Part shown: positions 12,438 to 25,244 of the stretch, one piece after another | How the letters are laid out: each line of letters opens with the position of its first letter | Numbering within the stretch: the first letter of the stretch is position 1 | Assembly (NCBI RefSeq): GCF_001194135.2 | Contig: NC_068994.1 | Location: 58,176,464-58,222,673, forward strand | Length of the DNA stretch: 46,210 nt | Source: Octopus bimaculoides | Taxonomy: Eukaryota | Direction: 5' to 3' | Made by a program: the position numbers and the translations under genes | Notes under the pieces: model-generated | What the model was told of the DNA's origin: nothing | Seen by the model: only the letters and a program-made list of their open reading frames with translations | The model's database searches: none

Positions 12438-13240
12438 TCATCATCATCATCATCATCGTTTAACGTCCGCTTTCCATGCTAGCATGGGTTGGACGATTTG
12501 ACTGAGGACTGGTGAAACCGGATGGCAACACCAGGCTCCAGTCTGATTTGGCAGAGTTTCTACAGCTGGATGCCCTTCCTAACGCCAACCACTCAGAGAG
12601 TGTAGTGGGTGCTTTTACGTGTCACCCGCACGAAAACGGCCACGCTCGAAATGGTGTCTTTTATGTGCCATCCACACAAGCCAGTCCAGGGGCACTGGCA
12701 ACGATCTCGCTCGAAAATCCTACAGGAGCCNNNNNNNNNNNNNNNNNNNNNNNNNNNNNNNNNNNNNNNNNNNNNNNNNNNNNNNNNNNNNNNNNNNNNN
12801 NNNNNNNNNNNNNNNNNNNNNNNNNNNNNNNNNNNNNNNNNNNNNNNNNNNNNNNNNNNNNNNNNNNNNNNNNNNNNNNNNNNNNNNNNNNNNNNNNNNN
12901 NNNNNNNNNNNNNNNNNNNNNNNNNNNNNNNNNNNNNNNNNNNNNNNNNNNNNNNNNNNNNNNNNNNNNNNNNNNNNNNNNNNNNNNNNNNNNNNNNNNN
13001 NNNNNNNNNNNNNNNNNNNNNNNNNNNNNNNNNNNTCTCAAGATACTTACACTCTGACGGGTATTCACATTGACATTACACATCCAACGGAGCATACTGG
13101 CTTCATTCCTTGCGAGCTTACGTATGTCCTCAGCAGTTACAGCCCATGTTTCACTGCCATGTAGCATGGTTGTTCGTACGCATGCGTCATACAGTCTGCC
13201 TTTTACTCTGAGTGAGAGTCCCTTTGTCGCCAGCAGGGGT
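12438..13240 (-). mobile_element. 5'-truncated RTE-clade LINE (RT C-terminal region, 3' UTR, (GAT)n tail), spanning an N-gap
   Basis: Minus-strand translation PLLATKGLSLRVKGRLYDACVRTTMLHGSETWAVTAEDIRKLARNEASMLRWMCNVNV is typical of the RTE post-RT region. The CAT-repeat tail is at 12438-12457 and (TA)n flanks both sides. Confidence 0.92.
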
Positions 13241-13261
13241 ATATATATATATATATATATT

Positions 13262-13575
13262 TACTTACTTGTTTCAGTCATTAGACTGTGGCCATGCTGG
13301 AGCACTGCCTTGAAGAATTGCTTGTTAGTCAAATGAATTGATCGAGGTACTTGGTGCTTAATTGTTTTAAGCCTGGTACTTAATCTCCAGGTCCCTTTTG
13401 CTGAACTACTAAGTTGCAGGGGGACATAAACACACCAACACCAGTTGTCAAACACAAAGACACACACACACACATGATGGGCTTCTTTCTTCTTTCAGTT
13501 TCCGTCTACCAAATCCACTCACACAGCTTTGGTCGGCCTGGGGCTTTAGTAGAAGACATTTACCCAAGGTCCCAC
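13262..13575 (-). mobile_element. SINE family C, partial
   Basis: Reverse complement of GGCACCTTGGGCAAGTGTCTTCTAC..GTGAGTGGATTTGGTAGACGGAAACTGAAAGAAG..AAGGCGGTGCTCCAGCATGGCC. Confidence 0.85.
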
Positions 13576-14139
13576 ACTTAGGTTGATTATTTTTGTCTGG
13601 CATTCGGTGTTTGGCTGCCTGTTGCTGACGGTCTCGAATACGGCGAAATCATGCAATACAATAGTGCCATCCACCTATGCTGATGAAATACCATCAATTG
13701 ATATCTGTGCTTTTTAAGACTTGTCATCTACATGATACATATATTCACTTATAAAGCCCAGTTTACTTTGCTGTAAATAGGTACCACAAAGTAGAAGTGG
13801 CTAGTCATTGGAACTTAGGAAAATTAGTTTTTGTTCACTAGACTATTTTATATATAAGTATGCTCCCATCTGCCCATTGGCAGGTAGATACAATGCCAGC
13901 AACCTCCAAGTGCTTTGCGAAGCTGTAGTCGCAAAATATACTCACACACCTCAGAAGTGTGTCAGTCTGTGTATGAGTCAACACACCTAAGACAAGGAGG
14001 TCTGTATTGGCTTCAACATGGCTCTTGGGTGGAGGCTAGGCATATTCTCAAACCAGAAGAGTTGAAATGGGTCAATAAGAAGAACTCCAGTTTTAATTCT
14101 AACATGATCTTAGAGCACTCCAAGAATAAAAAACATTCT

Positions 14140-14310
14140 CTCTAAGTGGTCGGTTGATCTGTTAGAAATAGTAACCAAATATCTCTCAAACCACAACTTA
14201 ATGTCTTCAAATAGGAAGGCATTATGGGTAAAATGTAATTGCAGATGGAGCACTTCTGATCATGGGCCTGCATGATCAAGGCTAGCCTGGGGTTAAACAA
14301 TAATAGCAAC
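14140..14310. mobile_element. Dispersed repeat family D copy
   Basis: TTAGAAATAGTAACCAAATATCTCTCAAA..GATCAAGGCTAGCCTGGGGTTAAACAA. Confidence 0.65.
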
Positions 14311-15059
14311 AAACAAAGAAATAGGAAAGATGAAGAGAACTCACATTTCAAGAAGGAGTTTGTAAATGAATAACAAGACAAAGAGTCTCTCGAGGCTCCC
14401 AAGGGTAAGCAGAGTTTGAATAAGACAGACGAACATTAATCTGTGTGGTCTGAAATACATGGTATTGTTTATATACGGGTATGTTACATAATATGTGTGT
14501 GTGTGTGCTATTCTATAAGAAAGACATCTCCACTATTCCCATCTCTCCTAAATTGGTTGCAACACAGATTGCTCAAGGAGTATAATTCCAGACATCACAG
14601 ACTTATATATCTATTATCTATCTATCTATCTATCGATATATATATATATATATACACACACAAGCATACATCCATATATATATATACACACATACATACA
14701 TCTATTATCATAAACACCACATATGTGTATATAGTAATAATAGCATGTAATGGGAATAAATGTTACAACAGAATTTAAAGTTGTATAAATTCATAAATAT
14801 ATGTGTGTGTGTGTGTGTGCATCTGTCTATATGTATATGTGTATTTGTTTGTATGTATGTATGAATGTATGCATGCATGTTTATGCACACATATATAAAT
14901 ATAGGATCATTTATAGAGACAGGAGAAAAAGAACTCAATACATGGAGTGTTTACTACAATACAGCAGAGAACCTACATCAGTTTGTCAACCACACTCACC
15001 AGTGTTGTTGTTGTTGTTGGTGTGTGTGTGTGTGTGTATGTGTGTGTGTGTGTGTGTGT

Positions 15060-15130
15060 ATCATCATCATCATCATAACATCCACTTTTCCATGCTGGCA
15101 TGGGTTGGATGGCGTTTGCAGAGTCAAGTA
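15060..15130 (-). mobile_element. Short RTE 3'-end fragment
   Basis: CATCATCAT..TTTTCCATGCTGGCATGGGTTGGA. Confidence 0.7.
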
Positions 15131-15664
15131 TGCATGGGTTGTAACAGATGTGGGCGAACGTTCACCCTGGCCCTCTGATATTATAAAACAATTGCAGACA
15201 AATTCCAATAGCACCCTTACACCTCAACCTCAGTCACCAAGATGTTATGGGGTACATAAATAATCCCACTGACTGACAATTCAATTGTCTTATAATATAA
15301 CCTAACTAGGTGACAGACACACAGACGGACAGACTCTACTCTCTCGTTCCCTCCCTCCACCCACCCCCTTTCTAGTTCCTTGTTATTATTAACCTCTTTT
15401 GTCGTTAACCAGACTGACCCTTTACATCTGTGCTGCTTGGGGTCAAAATATGTCATACCACAACATATTACATACAACTATATATTGCACACACACACAC
15501 ACACACATGTACATACATTGTAGTGTACATCATAGTAAGATGGCATGGATAAAAAAATGATAACACAAAGGAAAACAGACAGATATGGAAAATCCCCTGA
15601 TAAGCTGTGTTCTCACTAATCACATGTTTGTCTGAGTGTAAGGTGAGGAAGTTGTACATTCTGA

Positions 15665-15780
15665 TAGGGGTTCCATTCCAGATGTGGCAATAATGCTCTA
15701 CCATGGGCCACACATTTGAGCCTTGTAAGAGTACCAGGAACTGTTGGAGGCTGAACTATTTTCTAACCCTGCAGAGAAGG
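15665..15780 (-). mobile_element. CR1-clade LINE RT C-terminal fragment, decayed
   Basis: Translates as LLCRVRK*FSLQQFLVL..KAQ..WPMVEHYCHIWNG, resembling the CR1 motif RARKYFTPQQLLTLYKAQVRPTMEYCSHIW. Confidence 0.75.
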
Positions 15781-16682
15781 TTGTGGATCTTTTTCATATC
15801 GAAGTATGATAAACTGAAAACAGATTTCTAGAAAGGAATCAAAAACTCAAGTTATAAGTCAGTTATAAGTGTTGACATAACAGTATATGTGATGGCAGAG
15901 GTGGTGGTGGCGGGGGCAGTGGCGGTGGTGTTGGGATGGTGTTTGACATAGAGAGGGGACAGCAGGAGTGTCAGGAAAATTGTAAGTTTATAGAGTGAGG
16001 GTGTAATAAACAGATTAGTAAGAGAGGGAGACAGGGAGTGTATGAGAGAGAGAGAGAGAGTGAGACAGGGAGTGTATGAGAGAGAGAGAGTGAGAGAGAG
16101 AGTAAGAGAGAGAGGGGAGTGTCTATGTGTGATGTGTGTGTGTCGGAGGCGGTGCAGACAGTCACTTTGAACCTAATTTCACACTAGGTTGCTAATGTTT
16201 CTCCTCCTATCTGCCTTGTCGCATTAAATATGCTTTAGTCGCCCCCCCCCCGCTCCCTCTTTGTCCCTTACCACAACACATTTTTTATCAGACATATATT
16301 GGCCTGTTTTATTAGATCTGTCTAGAGGGAGGGACTCGGGCCCCCAAGTCTTCACAAGCCAACTGAGATTTGGTGGTTAAATCTTTTTTTCTTGACATGT
16401 TGCAAACCAGTCGATGTAGGGGAAAAACATGGGCAAGACAGGAATTCCAGAAGGTTGACATTTTGTGGGGGCAGAAGGACTGGTTAGTGACAGGGGTGAT
16501 GTATACAATATTGTTAACAAGAAACGGAAAGACTAGTTAGTAAGGAGTGGTTGAGTGGATGGGTGGATGGGTGTAGAATGAGGCCAACCAGTGGACAGAG
16601 ATAGAGAGATAGAGAGATAGATAGAGGGGGGAAGAGAGAGAGAGAGAGGGGGAAGAGAGAGAGAGAGAGAGGGGGAGACAGA

Positions 16683-16845
16683 GCAGGGCTGGATTAAGAC
16701 CCATAGAGGCCCGAAGCACTTGAAAGATTTTGGTACCTCCTATATATATGTAATTCAAAATATAAACAATAATAAACCATAAAATAGATTTTTATTTTTC
16801 AAAATGAAACAAAACTAACAACAGAAAGATGGAAAATAATGTGAC
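16683..16845 (+). mobile_element. Probable end of a hAT-like DNA element (one end only)
   Basis: CAGGGCTGGATTAAGACC..TAGAGGCCC..AAGCAC is typical of hAT-MITE termini; the partner TIR was not found. Confidence 0.45.
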
Positions 16846-16849
16846 CGTG

Positions 16850-17100
16850 ACCTTTGGTAGTATGTTGTGCTTGAGCAGACTTGTGAAATTATAGTCATGG
16901 CCGATGCTGGTGTCACATAACTGGCACCAACGATGGTGGCACATAAAAGGCACCCATTACACTCTCGGAGTGGTTGGCATTAGGAAGGGCATCCAGCTGT
17001 AGAAACCATGCCAAATCAGATTGGAACCTGGTGCAGCCTTCCAGCTTACCAGTTCCAGTCAAACTGTCCAACCCATGCCAGCAAGGAAAGCAGACATTAA

Positions 17101-17132
<32 letters not shown>

Positions 17133-17135
17133 GAT
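16850..17135 (+). mobile_element. RTE LINE 3'-end copy with (GAT)n tail
   Basis: GGAGTGGTTGGCATTAGGAAGGGCATCCAGCTGTAGAAACC..CAACCCATGCCAGC..ATTAAATGATGAT. Confidence 0.85.
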
Positions 17136-18197
17136 GAACAAATGATCTGTAATCATCTAAGCTGGTTGTTCAGCAAGAAATTGTGGAATCCTTTTTCTCA
17201 GACCCCAGAGACTACCAAGAAGAAGATGGTGGTGGTGGTGGCAGTGTTGTTGTTGTTGGTGGTGGTGGTCAAGGAACAGTTTCATTAATGTCCAGCCCGT
17301 AGATTGATGAGAGCTGAGATCTTTGCATAGAATAATCACTTTGGGACACCTGGAGGTCAATGTCTGCAGGAATATGTTGGTCATAAAACCAACATTATTT
17401 AAAGCCATTACTTGAGGTATGTATTATCTTATATACATATTTTGACAATGTACACACACACACACACAGAAATGAAAAAAACCAATGACCTAGAAATAGA
17501 AGTAATTTATCAATTTATCAGTTTAAGAAATAAAAATAAATATTGTTCTTTTTTGTTTCCCCCCCCCATCATGAGTTATTGAGGGTGACTTCTACATAAG
17601 TCATTTCGAATGCTAGAAATAACAGTACGTGTTCACGTGTGTGTGAGTGTGTGAGTGTGTGTGTGCATGCATTAAGATATGTGCAATGTGTTTATAAATG
17701 TTTGTGTGAAAATAAAAGTGTAAAACATGTGTGTGTGTGTGTGTGTGTGTGGTTGACTAATGGCGTCATCAGTATGGCATTTGGATTTTAAGGAAGGATT
17801 CACTTCATAAATTGATGCATGGCAGAGGAGGTGGTGATGGGTGCTAATGGTGGCGATGGTAATTATGGTTCTGCTGCTGGTGGTATAATAATGGTAGTGG
17901 CGGGGGGGATGGAAGTAAAAGTAGTTGTAGTGATGATGGTGGTGGTGGTGGTGGTGAATGTGATGGTGATGATGATGGTGATGTGATGGTAGAAGTAGAG
18001 GTGATGGTGATGATTGAATTGGCACAGTCTGAACATAACCTTCACCTGGAACCAGGTGCCTCCACCCACATCCTATACACAATGAATATTATGGTCTAAG
18101 ACTGGACAGGTTTCTCTAAATCACAGCACAGTTAAACTCAGTCCCACAATGTTGGTTATGGTGTGTGTGTGTGTGAATATATAGCCATAGATATGAC

Positions 18198-18618
18198 TGT
18201 GTGGTTAAGAAATTTGCTCCATGACCACAGAGTTTCGGGTTCAGTTCCACTGTTTGGCACCTTGTGCAAGTGTCTTCTACTATGGTCCCTGGCGAGTAAA
18301 TGCCTTATGGGTGGATTTGGTAGACAGAAACTGTGGACACCCATCGTACACACACACACACACACACATGTGAGTATATGTGTGTGTGTGTGTGTGTGTG
18401 TGTCTTTGTGTCTGTGTTTATCCCCAACACCGCTTGACAACTGGTGCTGGTTTGTTTACATCCCCATAACTTAGTGGTTCGGCAGAAGAAAATGATAGAA
18501 TTAGTACCAGTTTTTTTTTTAAAAAAAAGTACTAGGGTTGATTTATTTAACTAAAAATTCTTCAAGGCGGTGCCCCAGCATGGCCACAGACAAAAAGCTG
18601 AAACAAAATATAAAAAAT
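18198..18618 (+). mobile_element. SINE family C, near full length (tRNA-like head, internal CA/GT microsatellite, TAAAAG tail)
   Basis: GTGTGGTTAAGAA..GGGTTCAGTTCC..GGCACCTTG..GGATTTGGTAGACAGAAACTG..AAGGCGGTGCCCCAGCATGGCC..GAAACAAAATATAAAAAATAAAAG. Confidence 0.88.
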
Positions 18619-19651
18619 AAAAAGATATCTTATGTGACCTGCTTCATAGTAATGGATGTCCATGCTTGGACAAGGCCACATTCTTTCATGATGCCTGTTA
18701 CCGAAGCACAGACAAGACTTGGTATTCTTCAAGGAATCATGATGGCTTTGACAATAACATTCTGCAAGGTTTTAAAACTTTAAAGACTGAATGAATGAAT
18801 GAATGAATGGATGGGTGGGTGGATGGATGGATGGGTGGGTGGGTGGATGGATGGATGGGTGGATGGATGGATGGGTGGATGGAATTTGGGTGGTTTTCAC
18901 AATGGATGACAAAGAGAAGATCCTTTCTTTAGAAGCTGGTTACTAGGCAGGTGGTCAGTCATGATATAAATTCTATAATTGCAAGCAAGGAAAAATAAAG
19001 CATGCATGCATGCGTACACAGGAACACTACAATGCATGCATAGCGTACAAACATACATACAATATATGCATGCATAGAAATGTATATACATACAACACAT
19101 AAATACACACAAGCACACACACAGAGTACATACATGCACTGAATTAGCAAGAATGTGAAGTGTTGGTGGGCGGAAATGACTCACACAAAGCCATACGCAC
19201 ACACACACGCATGCAAACATACGTACGCACACAATAATGAGACAAATAAAGAATGGATGGAGGAGATGATAAAATCAGACAGCTACACACACACACACAC
19301 ACACACATTCGTATAACGTTATTATAATATAGAAGTACATACACAAGCGCTCATACACACACACATTCTGTCATTCATATTTCGCACACGTATGGCACAG
19401 ATTCTCTCCTTTCCACACATTGTCATTTTTCAGACAGAGGCTGTGGCCATGCTGGGGCACCTGATCTCTCTCTTTAACACGCACACACACACATACTGAC
19501 CAACACTCCCATATATAAATATTATACACGCATAAAAGATTCAATGTTACAATAAACCAACTTACAACAATGACGCACAAACACATTTTAACATACGTAA
19601 ACTTTCACACATCTCCCTGACTATGTCTCACTTTGCCTCTCTCTCTCGCTG

Positions 19652-19700
<49 letters not shown>

Positions 19701-19713
19701 TATTCTTATCTGG

Positions 19714-19760
19714 GCAAGATGAAGGCTAAGCAGGCCAAAACTTCGAAGTCACAATCAACC
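19714..19760 (+). repeat. Repeat family H2 copy (decayed hammerhead-like motif)
   Basis: ATGAAGGCTAAGCAGGCCAAAACTTCGAAGTCACAATC matches the arms at 37016-37079. Confidence 0.6.
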
Positions 19761-21355
19761 ACTCTGTAAGAAAAAGCTAAATAAAAAATCTACTCTAGGA
19801 AAAGTATTGAGTTACACTTCAGTTTAATGTAAAATTACTTTCATTATAACTTGACTTAGAAAAACAAACATTAAAACATACACATGCATACATTCATACA
19901 TACAAGCATGCATGCATACACACACATACATACATACATACATACACATACATACATACATACATATATATATATATATTTAATCGGCAGACATTACAAA
20001 GTGACTCATGGATTAACAGTTTCGTTCATGGTCTTTGACACTGACTGAATTTCGGCCAATTAATATATATTTATAAATATTCACGAGTTCTTTTTATCCT
20101 ATTTGTACGACCAAATTTATACACACACATAAATACAGACTCATCAATGCATTTCCACTCACATGCACACATTCATAAATAATTCAAATGAACATACATT
20201 CACACACACACAATATAAACATACACACATGCTCGCACACAAATACATAAAACAGACATATACATACATGCACACACAAATACACACACACGCGCGCGCA
20301 CACACACATGTGCTTCCAGACGCATGTCTGCAGCTGCGTGCAAAACAATTTGTGTGCAACGAAATGATCGGAATGCGCATATGTTGCATTCCAGAGAGGC
20401 AAGCAGTGTCATCGTGTTGGTATGACAAACTTGGATAGACTCGGCGAGACATGTCGGAAGAAAACGGGGAAAGAAGGAAAACAAAACAGGAAAGGGGAAG
20501 CCATTACATCTGGAAGGAGCAGCCGATCAGTGTGGTTGTGTGTGTGTTTGAGCGCGTGCGTGTGTTTGAGTGCACGTGTGTGGGGGGGAGTGTATATGGG
20601 GTGTAAGTGGGGAGAGGGGCAGTAGTTGGTATTGAAAAAGGAGTAAGTGTAGGAGTAAATGTGGAGGAAGGAGGGGAAGAAGACTTTATGTCTGGAAGAA
20701 GCAGACTGATGTGTGTGTGTGTGTGTGTGTGCTTATATGTGTTTGTGTGTGTGCTTATATATGTCTGTGTGTGTGCACATTTGTGTGTTTGTTGGAAGAG
20801 AAGGGGAAGAGTGGGAGAAGAAAAGGAGTTGGAAGATGAGGGTTGTGGTGGTAGTACAGCCTGCGGGGGGGGGGGGGAAGAAGGGTCAGGAATAGAGGTG
20901 GGAGTGAAAAGAGGTGAGCAGACTAGGGAAAAGAGAGAATGTGATGTAGGGGTTAAGGTGAAGAGGAGAGTGTATGAGTCAGAGAGTGAGTGATGGGAGG
21001 AGGAGAAGGGGAAACTAAAAAAGAATAACAATGAAACTTACAACATGAGTAGAAAATCCCAAACAGAAGGAAATGTAAAGAATCATTTATTTTGGCTGCA
21101 ATGGAATCAGTCGTAGCCTTAAGGCATTATAGAACTAATATTCAACAGATAACCTTGTGGACATTGGTGCTGATTTTTTCTTCCTCCGTTTTTCCCTTCT
21201 TTGAACTTTCCTTGTTTCCGACGAAGAGCTCCACTCGAAACGTCATACTCTCTCTCTTTCCTTTCCCGAGTGTCTAGTAACACTATCCGTATCACGTCCT
21301 CACGTTGTTTTTTGTTATTGTTTTTTGTCTTTTTCCTTTTTTTGAACCTATATAT

Positions 21356-21433
<78 letters not shown>

Positions 21434-22261
21434 TATTGTTATTTACACCACCTGTCCTCGTCTGTTGTTATTATTTGTATATTCTCCCATATATATAAAA
21501 GTAAAGCTTTAGGCATGGTAAAGTATGTTGTCTACATGATAATTAGCATGGAATAGACTGTTGAACACACTGGCCATGACACATACACTGCTGTTATTAG
21601 ATTGCTAATACATATTTCTGGCAGTTAAGAAGACTGTGATCTGAGATTGAACCACACTTGAGCTGGCACCTATTTCTGCCCAGTGTTGTCTGTGACTGTA
21701 CAGCATTGATTTTATTAACTATTTTTAAGCAGTTAAGGGGAATGGTGGGCGAACAAGATGCAGGTAGGATTGTGAGGTTAACAAGTTCGTTTTGCAATTA
21801 TATTAGTTTCGATTCAATCCCACAACACTGCACCCTGGGTAAGTATTCTCCACCACAGTCTGTGGGTGGAATTTGGCAAACAAACTATAGAGGCCCGTCA
21901 GAGAAACCGTTCCGGTTTGGGGGTGGTAGACTTAAATGTTCATCTGTTTTAACACCACTTTGCCATCAGGCACCTTTAGTGGAGTCCACTTTGTCACAAG
22001 TATTCAGGACAGGTCTTTCCCTTCCATCATCCTCAGAGAAGATCATAGACATTCTCCTTATCCTTCATCTTCTCAGTCGTATGAGAAAAAAATACTGTCG
22101 TCTTTTTCTGACATCACTTATTTCTGCCAGGTAGCTGACATGCCTACAACCTTGTTAGTTTATGTGTTGTCTCATAATCTCATAATTCTTTTGGTCATTG
22201 GAACATCACGGAAGACGCCATGTTTTTGTAGTGTATAATATGTAGAGTTAATACAGTTCTA

Positions 22262-22501
22262 TGGCATAGTGGTAAAGAGCACGGACTACTAACCCCAAGA
22301 TTCCGAGTTCGATTCCAGGCAGTGACCTTAATAATAATAATAATAACAACAACAACAACATCGAAGAATACCTTAGGAATGAGAACCCAGGTTCGAAATT
22401 TCCCCAAGACACCTGATGAAGGCTGGAGGGTATATCAGCCGAATCGTTGTGTTAACAACAAACAAGATGAGGATAAATATCCGTCAAATGTAAATAATGT
22501 A
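22262..22501 (+). mobile_element. tRNA-headed, hammerhead-bearing SINE-like element, copy 1
   Basis: A-box TGGCATAGTGGTAA, anticodon-arm-like GGACTACTAACCC, B-box GAGTTCGATTCC, (TAA)n(CAA)n linker, CTGATGA at 22413-22419 with GAAT in place of GAAA at 22441-22444, and an ATGTAAATA tail. Confidence 0.88.
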
Positions 22502-22659
22502 TCTAGAGTTAAGTTATTTTAGTGGTGTCCATTCCTCTCCAAGTTATAAACAGATAGGAGTGGAACTGGAGAACCCAGAATGTAAAGGTACGCAACAAAA
22601 TACTGCAAAACATTTTGTATGTTGCTCTACCACGCCACCGTCTTTTAATAACCATTTCT

Positions 22660-22810
22660 AGCATAAGCACAAGCAAGATAACGGACTCGAAGGAAGGGGT
22701 TAGTCGATTAAATAGACTTTAGTACTTTATTTCATCGACATCAGATGAATGAAAAGCAAAAATTTATCTCGGCAGGATTTGAATTTAGAAGGTAAAGGGC
22801 CATAACTAAA
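22660..22810 (-). mobile_element. SINE family A, diverged
   Basis: TTAGTCGATTAAAT..TTTCATCGAC..GATGAATGAAAAGCAAA..GGCAGGATTTGAATTTAGAA. Confidence 0.7.
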
Positions 22811-23599
22811 TATCGCCATTGATTCTATCCATTGTCCTTTAACAACACTAATTAATGGCAAATAATTTGCAATGCAATTATAAAATGGATTCATTCAGAA
22901 CCAGATTCGAAAGTAAATCCCAATCTAGCTTAGTTGCTAGCTTATCTTTGTTCTACGACAGCAACCACTTTAGAAATTATTTCATTTTTATCTTTACAAT
23001 TTATTCTATCCATTCATTTTTGTTTTCAATTCAATATTTTAGCCCTCCCCCACTGTCTGCTGAAAACAATTGTCTGGTGTCCATAAACTGATTATTTCCG
23101 CCATCACTAACAACCGTATATATATATATATATATATATCTTGCCATAGTTTAAGTTGCTGTGTATAATGACGGGATGTGAGTAATTTTGAACCGACGGA
23201 AGGACACAAGGGGATGTAAGTAAAATAATTAAATAAATAAAAATAAATCCACTACATTTAAATTGCTGATGGTTGAGTCCAGATCCCTCAAAGTTCTACT
23301 ACTACTACTACTACATCAAAGAGATAATCGTGAAATCAAAAGGTTGAATGAGTAACTATTTTCGAATTGTTCTGCGCATACTAATGATCAAGGACGCCAC
23401 AATTATAATCTTCTCATCGTTTTTACAATCTATCCATCCCTCTTTTAGACGATATTTTCCGAAGAGATTTGGTTGTTATTTTTTGGAGAATAAATGCTCA
23501 CTCATTGGAAGAATATTGCAGATTGTTGATATTATATTAACTGGTGTCGCTTACCTCTTGTCTGTTGTTGATAGAGGGATTTAATTTATCAAAGCAAAT

Positions 23600-24470
23600 A
23601 GCCTTTTTTTTAAACTCCCAATATTCCGTTCTGGCTTTGACATTTCTAGAGATGTTTCCAACAGAAGAAACTTTTGTATGAATGTGTCCTTTGTATGAAT
23701 GTGGAGTTTACGAGCAGTTCTTACAGAGTGAGATCCACTACATTATTAGACGCTACATCATTGATAGGTTAGCTTGCCAGTGAGCTTATAGTATTGCTTT
23801 ACGAAGGCTGATTCTAAGATAAGCATTTTCCCAAAGAAGACACAGTTCACCAGTTGTATGTCCAATCCCGCCTTAAGAATCGTCTGGTGGATTGCAGCAG
23901 TGGGTTCTTTAATCCAAGCGCGGCAGTTTTAGAAAGCAAGTATTGTTATTGGAGATGTGAACCTTCTTTGAGGATTTAATACCGGATCAGTTTCTGGTAA
24001 AGGGTGCACAAAATTTATTATTCACTAATATCCTTAGAACTGATTGATACTGGTCGCTCTTCGCTGTATGTTTAACGGGAGATTTCATTCCGTATGAAGT
24101 CGGCCTTAATAGTAGCTTGCTGGTAGAGATGACATGTAATGCATAAATAGACTCAAGCGGCTTCTATGTGAGAATTCGTATTAATGGATGCCTTTTCTGT
24201 GATTTTGGATCGGAAATCGAGGAGAGAAAGGGAGTGGAGATCCTATGTGGTCGATGTCATTGATGCTATATTGTGGAGAAGAAAGCGCTGGAACAGCAAG
24301 CAATGTTAATAACACTGTACTCCAGCTGGTCCGTATATCACTAGTGAACTCAATAGACTTGACCCGATCAATAATTGTAATGTCTCTTTATAAGTGGAGC
24401 CGCAGCAACAGAAGCAGGCGTTGTTCACAATAATGGTCAGGGGCTCGCGGATGTTTGAAGACAAGAGATT
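23600..24470 (-). mobile_element. Decayed Penelope-like element (RT, thumb, linker, GIY-YIG remnants)
   Basis: Motif remnants occur in the PLE order: IIVNNACFCCCGSTYKETLQLLIGSSL (~NNYFEFNGQFYKQ..G.AMGS), FQRF..INDI (~WYRYIDDI), FMHYMSSLPAS (~YLHYTSSHP), LPETDP..FTSP..ILAF (~LQTDP..FPSPPILAF), LVNCVFFGKMLILES (~CTLCGKLYIGET). There are many stops and frameshifts. Confidence 0.55.
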
Positions 24471-25244
24471 AAACAGTAGAGATTTTGAGAAATTATGCTC
24501 ACGGACATCAAATGAGAGGATAAGTACAGAAGTACAGAGGGAGACATGTTTGAGTGCAGTCTAATGTGGTATGTTTGTGTGTGATGGGTTAAATCATTGA
24601 GTTGTTGTATGTATAAGTAAATTTAAGTTTGCAACAACAAAGAACTTTCAAGAAATTAATTAAAATAATAAATTTTAAAACTGGAAGAGTGAGGCGCGGA
24701 GGTTGACATTTAGACGAAGCATCAACTTTCGTTACTCCCTACCCTCACTCTCCATCACTCTTTAAAAGCAAAGATTTTTATCTTGTAAATATCGCATCAG
24801 CCGGTATATCATCTTAATAAAAGCTTCTGTGTCAGTCTCACATGAGCAATTAAAAGAAAGCAATGAGTCATAAAATGAACGACCGTCAGTGAAATTTCGG
24901 TCGTGTTCTATAACGAAGAAGACAGTTTCAACATCTCTTTAAATATTTTCAACATCAAACATTAATGCTGTCCGCCATTACTTGGGTGGAAACACGGTCA
25001 TCAAACTATTCCAGTGTTTAGTTGTGTGTCTAAATGTTCAAAGCTCGACTCCTGCATTATGGGTCAAGTGTTTAGGCTATGTAACGACCAGTAACAGTAC
25101 GATATCGTCTATGAATTAGGTAGAATAATGGTCAAAGACATACATTCCTTTTTATGTATTTTTCCAGACTGTATGATGTAAGTTAAGGAAGATTTTCCTG
25201 CTTTTTCTAGCAGGACGAGCGATCAAGCAGAGGATCCCTCATTG

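Noticed and set aside
1078-14946. Shared 15-mer ACTCAATACATGGAG at ~1078 and ~14932
   Set aside because: About one such match is expected by chance in 46 kb and the flanks do not align.
22262-22328. tRNA gene
   Set aside because: It has A/B boxes and an anticodon-like arm, but no convincing acceptor stem, and it is fused to a repeated body, so it is a SINE head.
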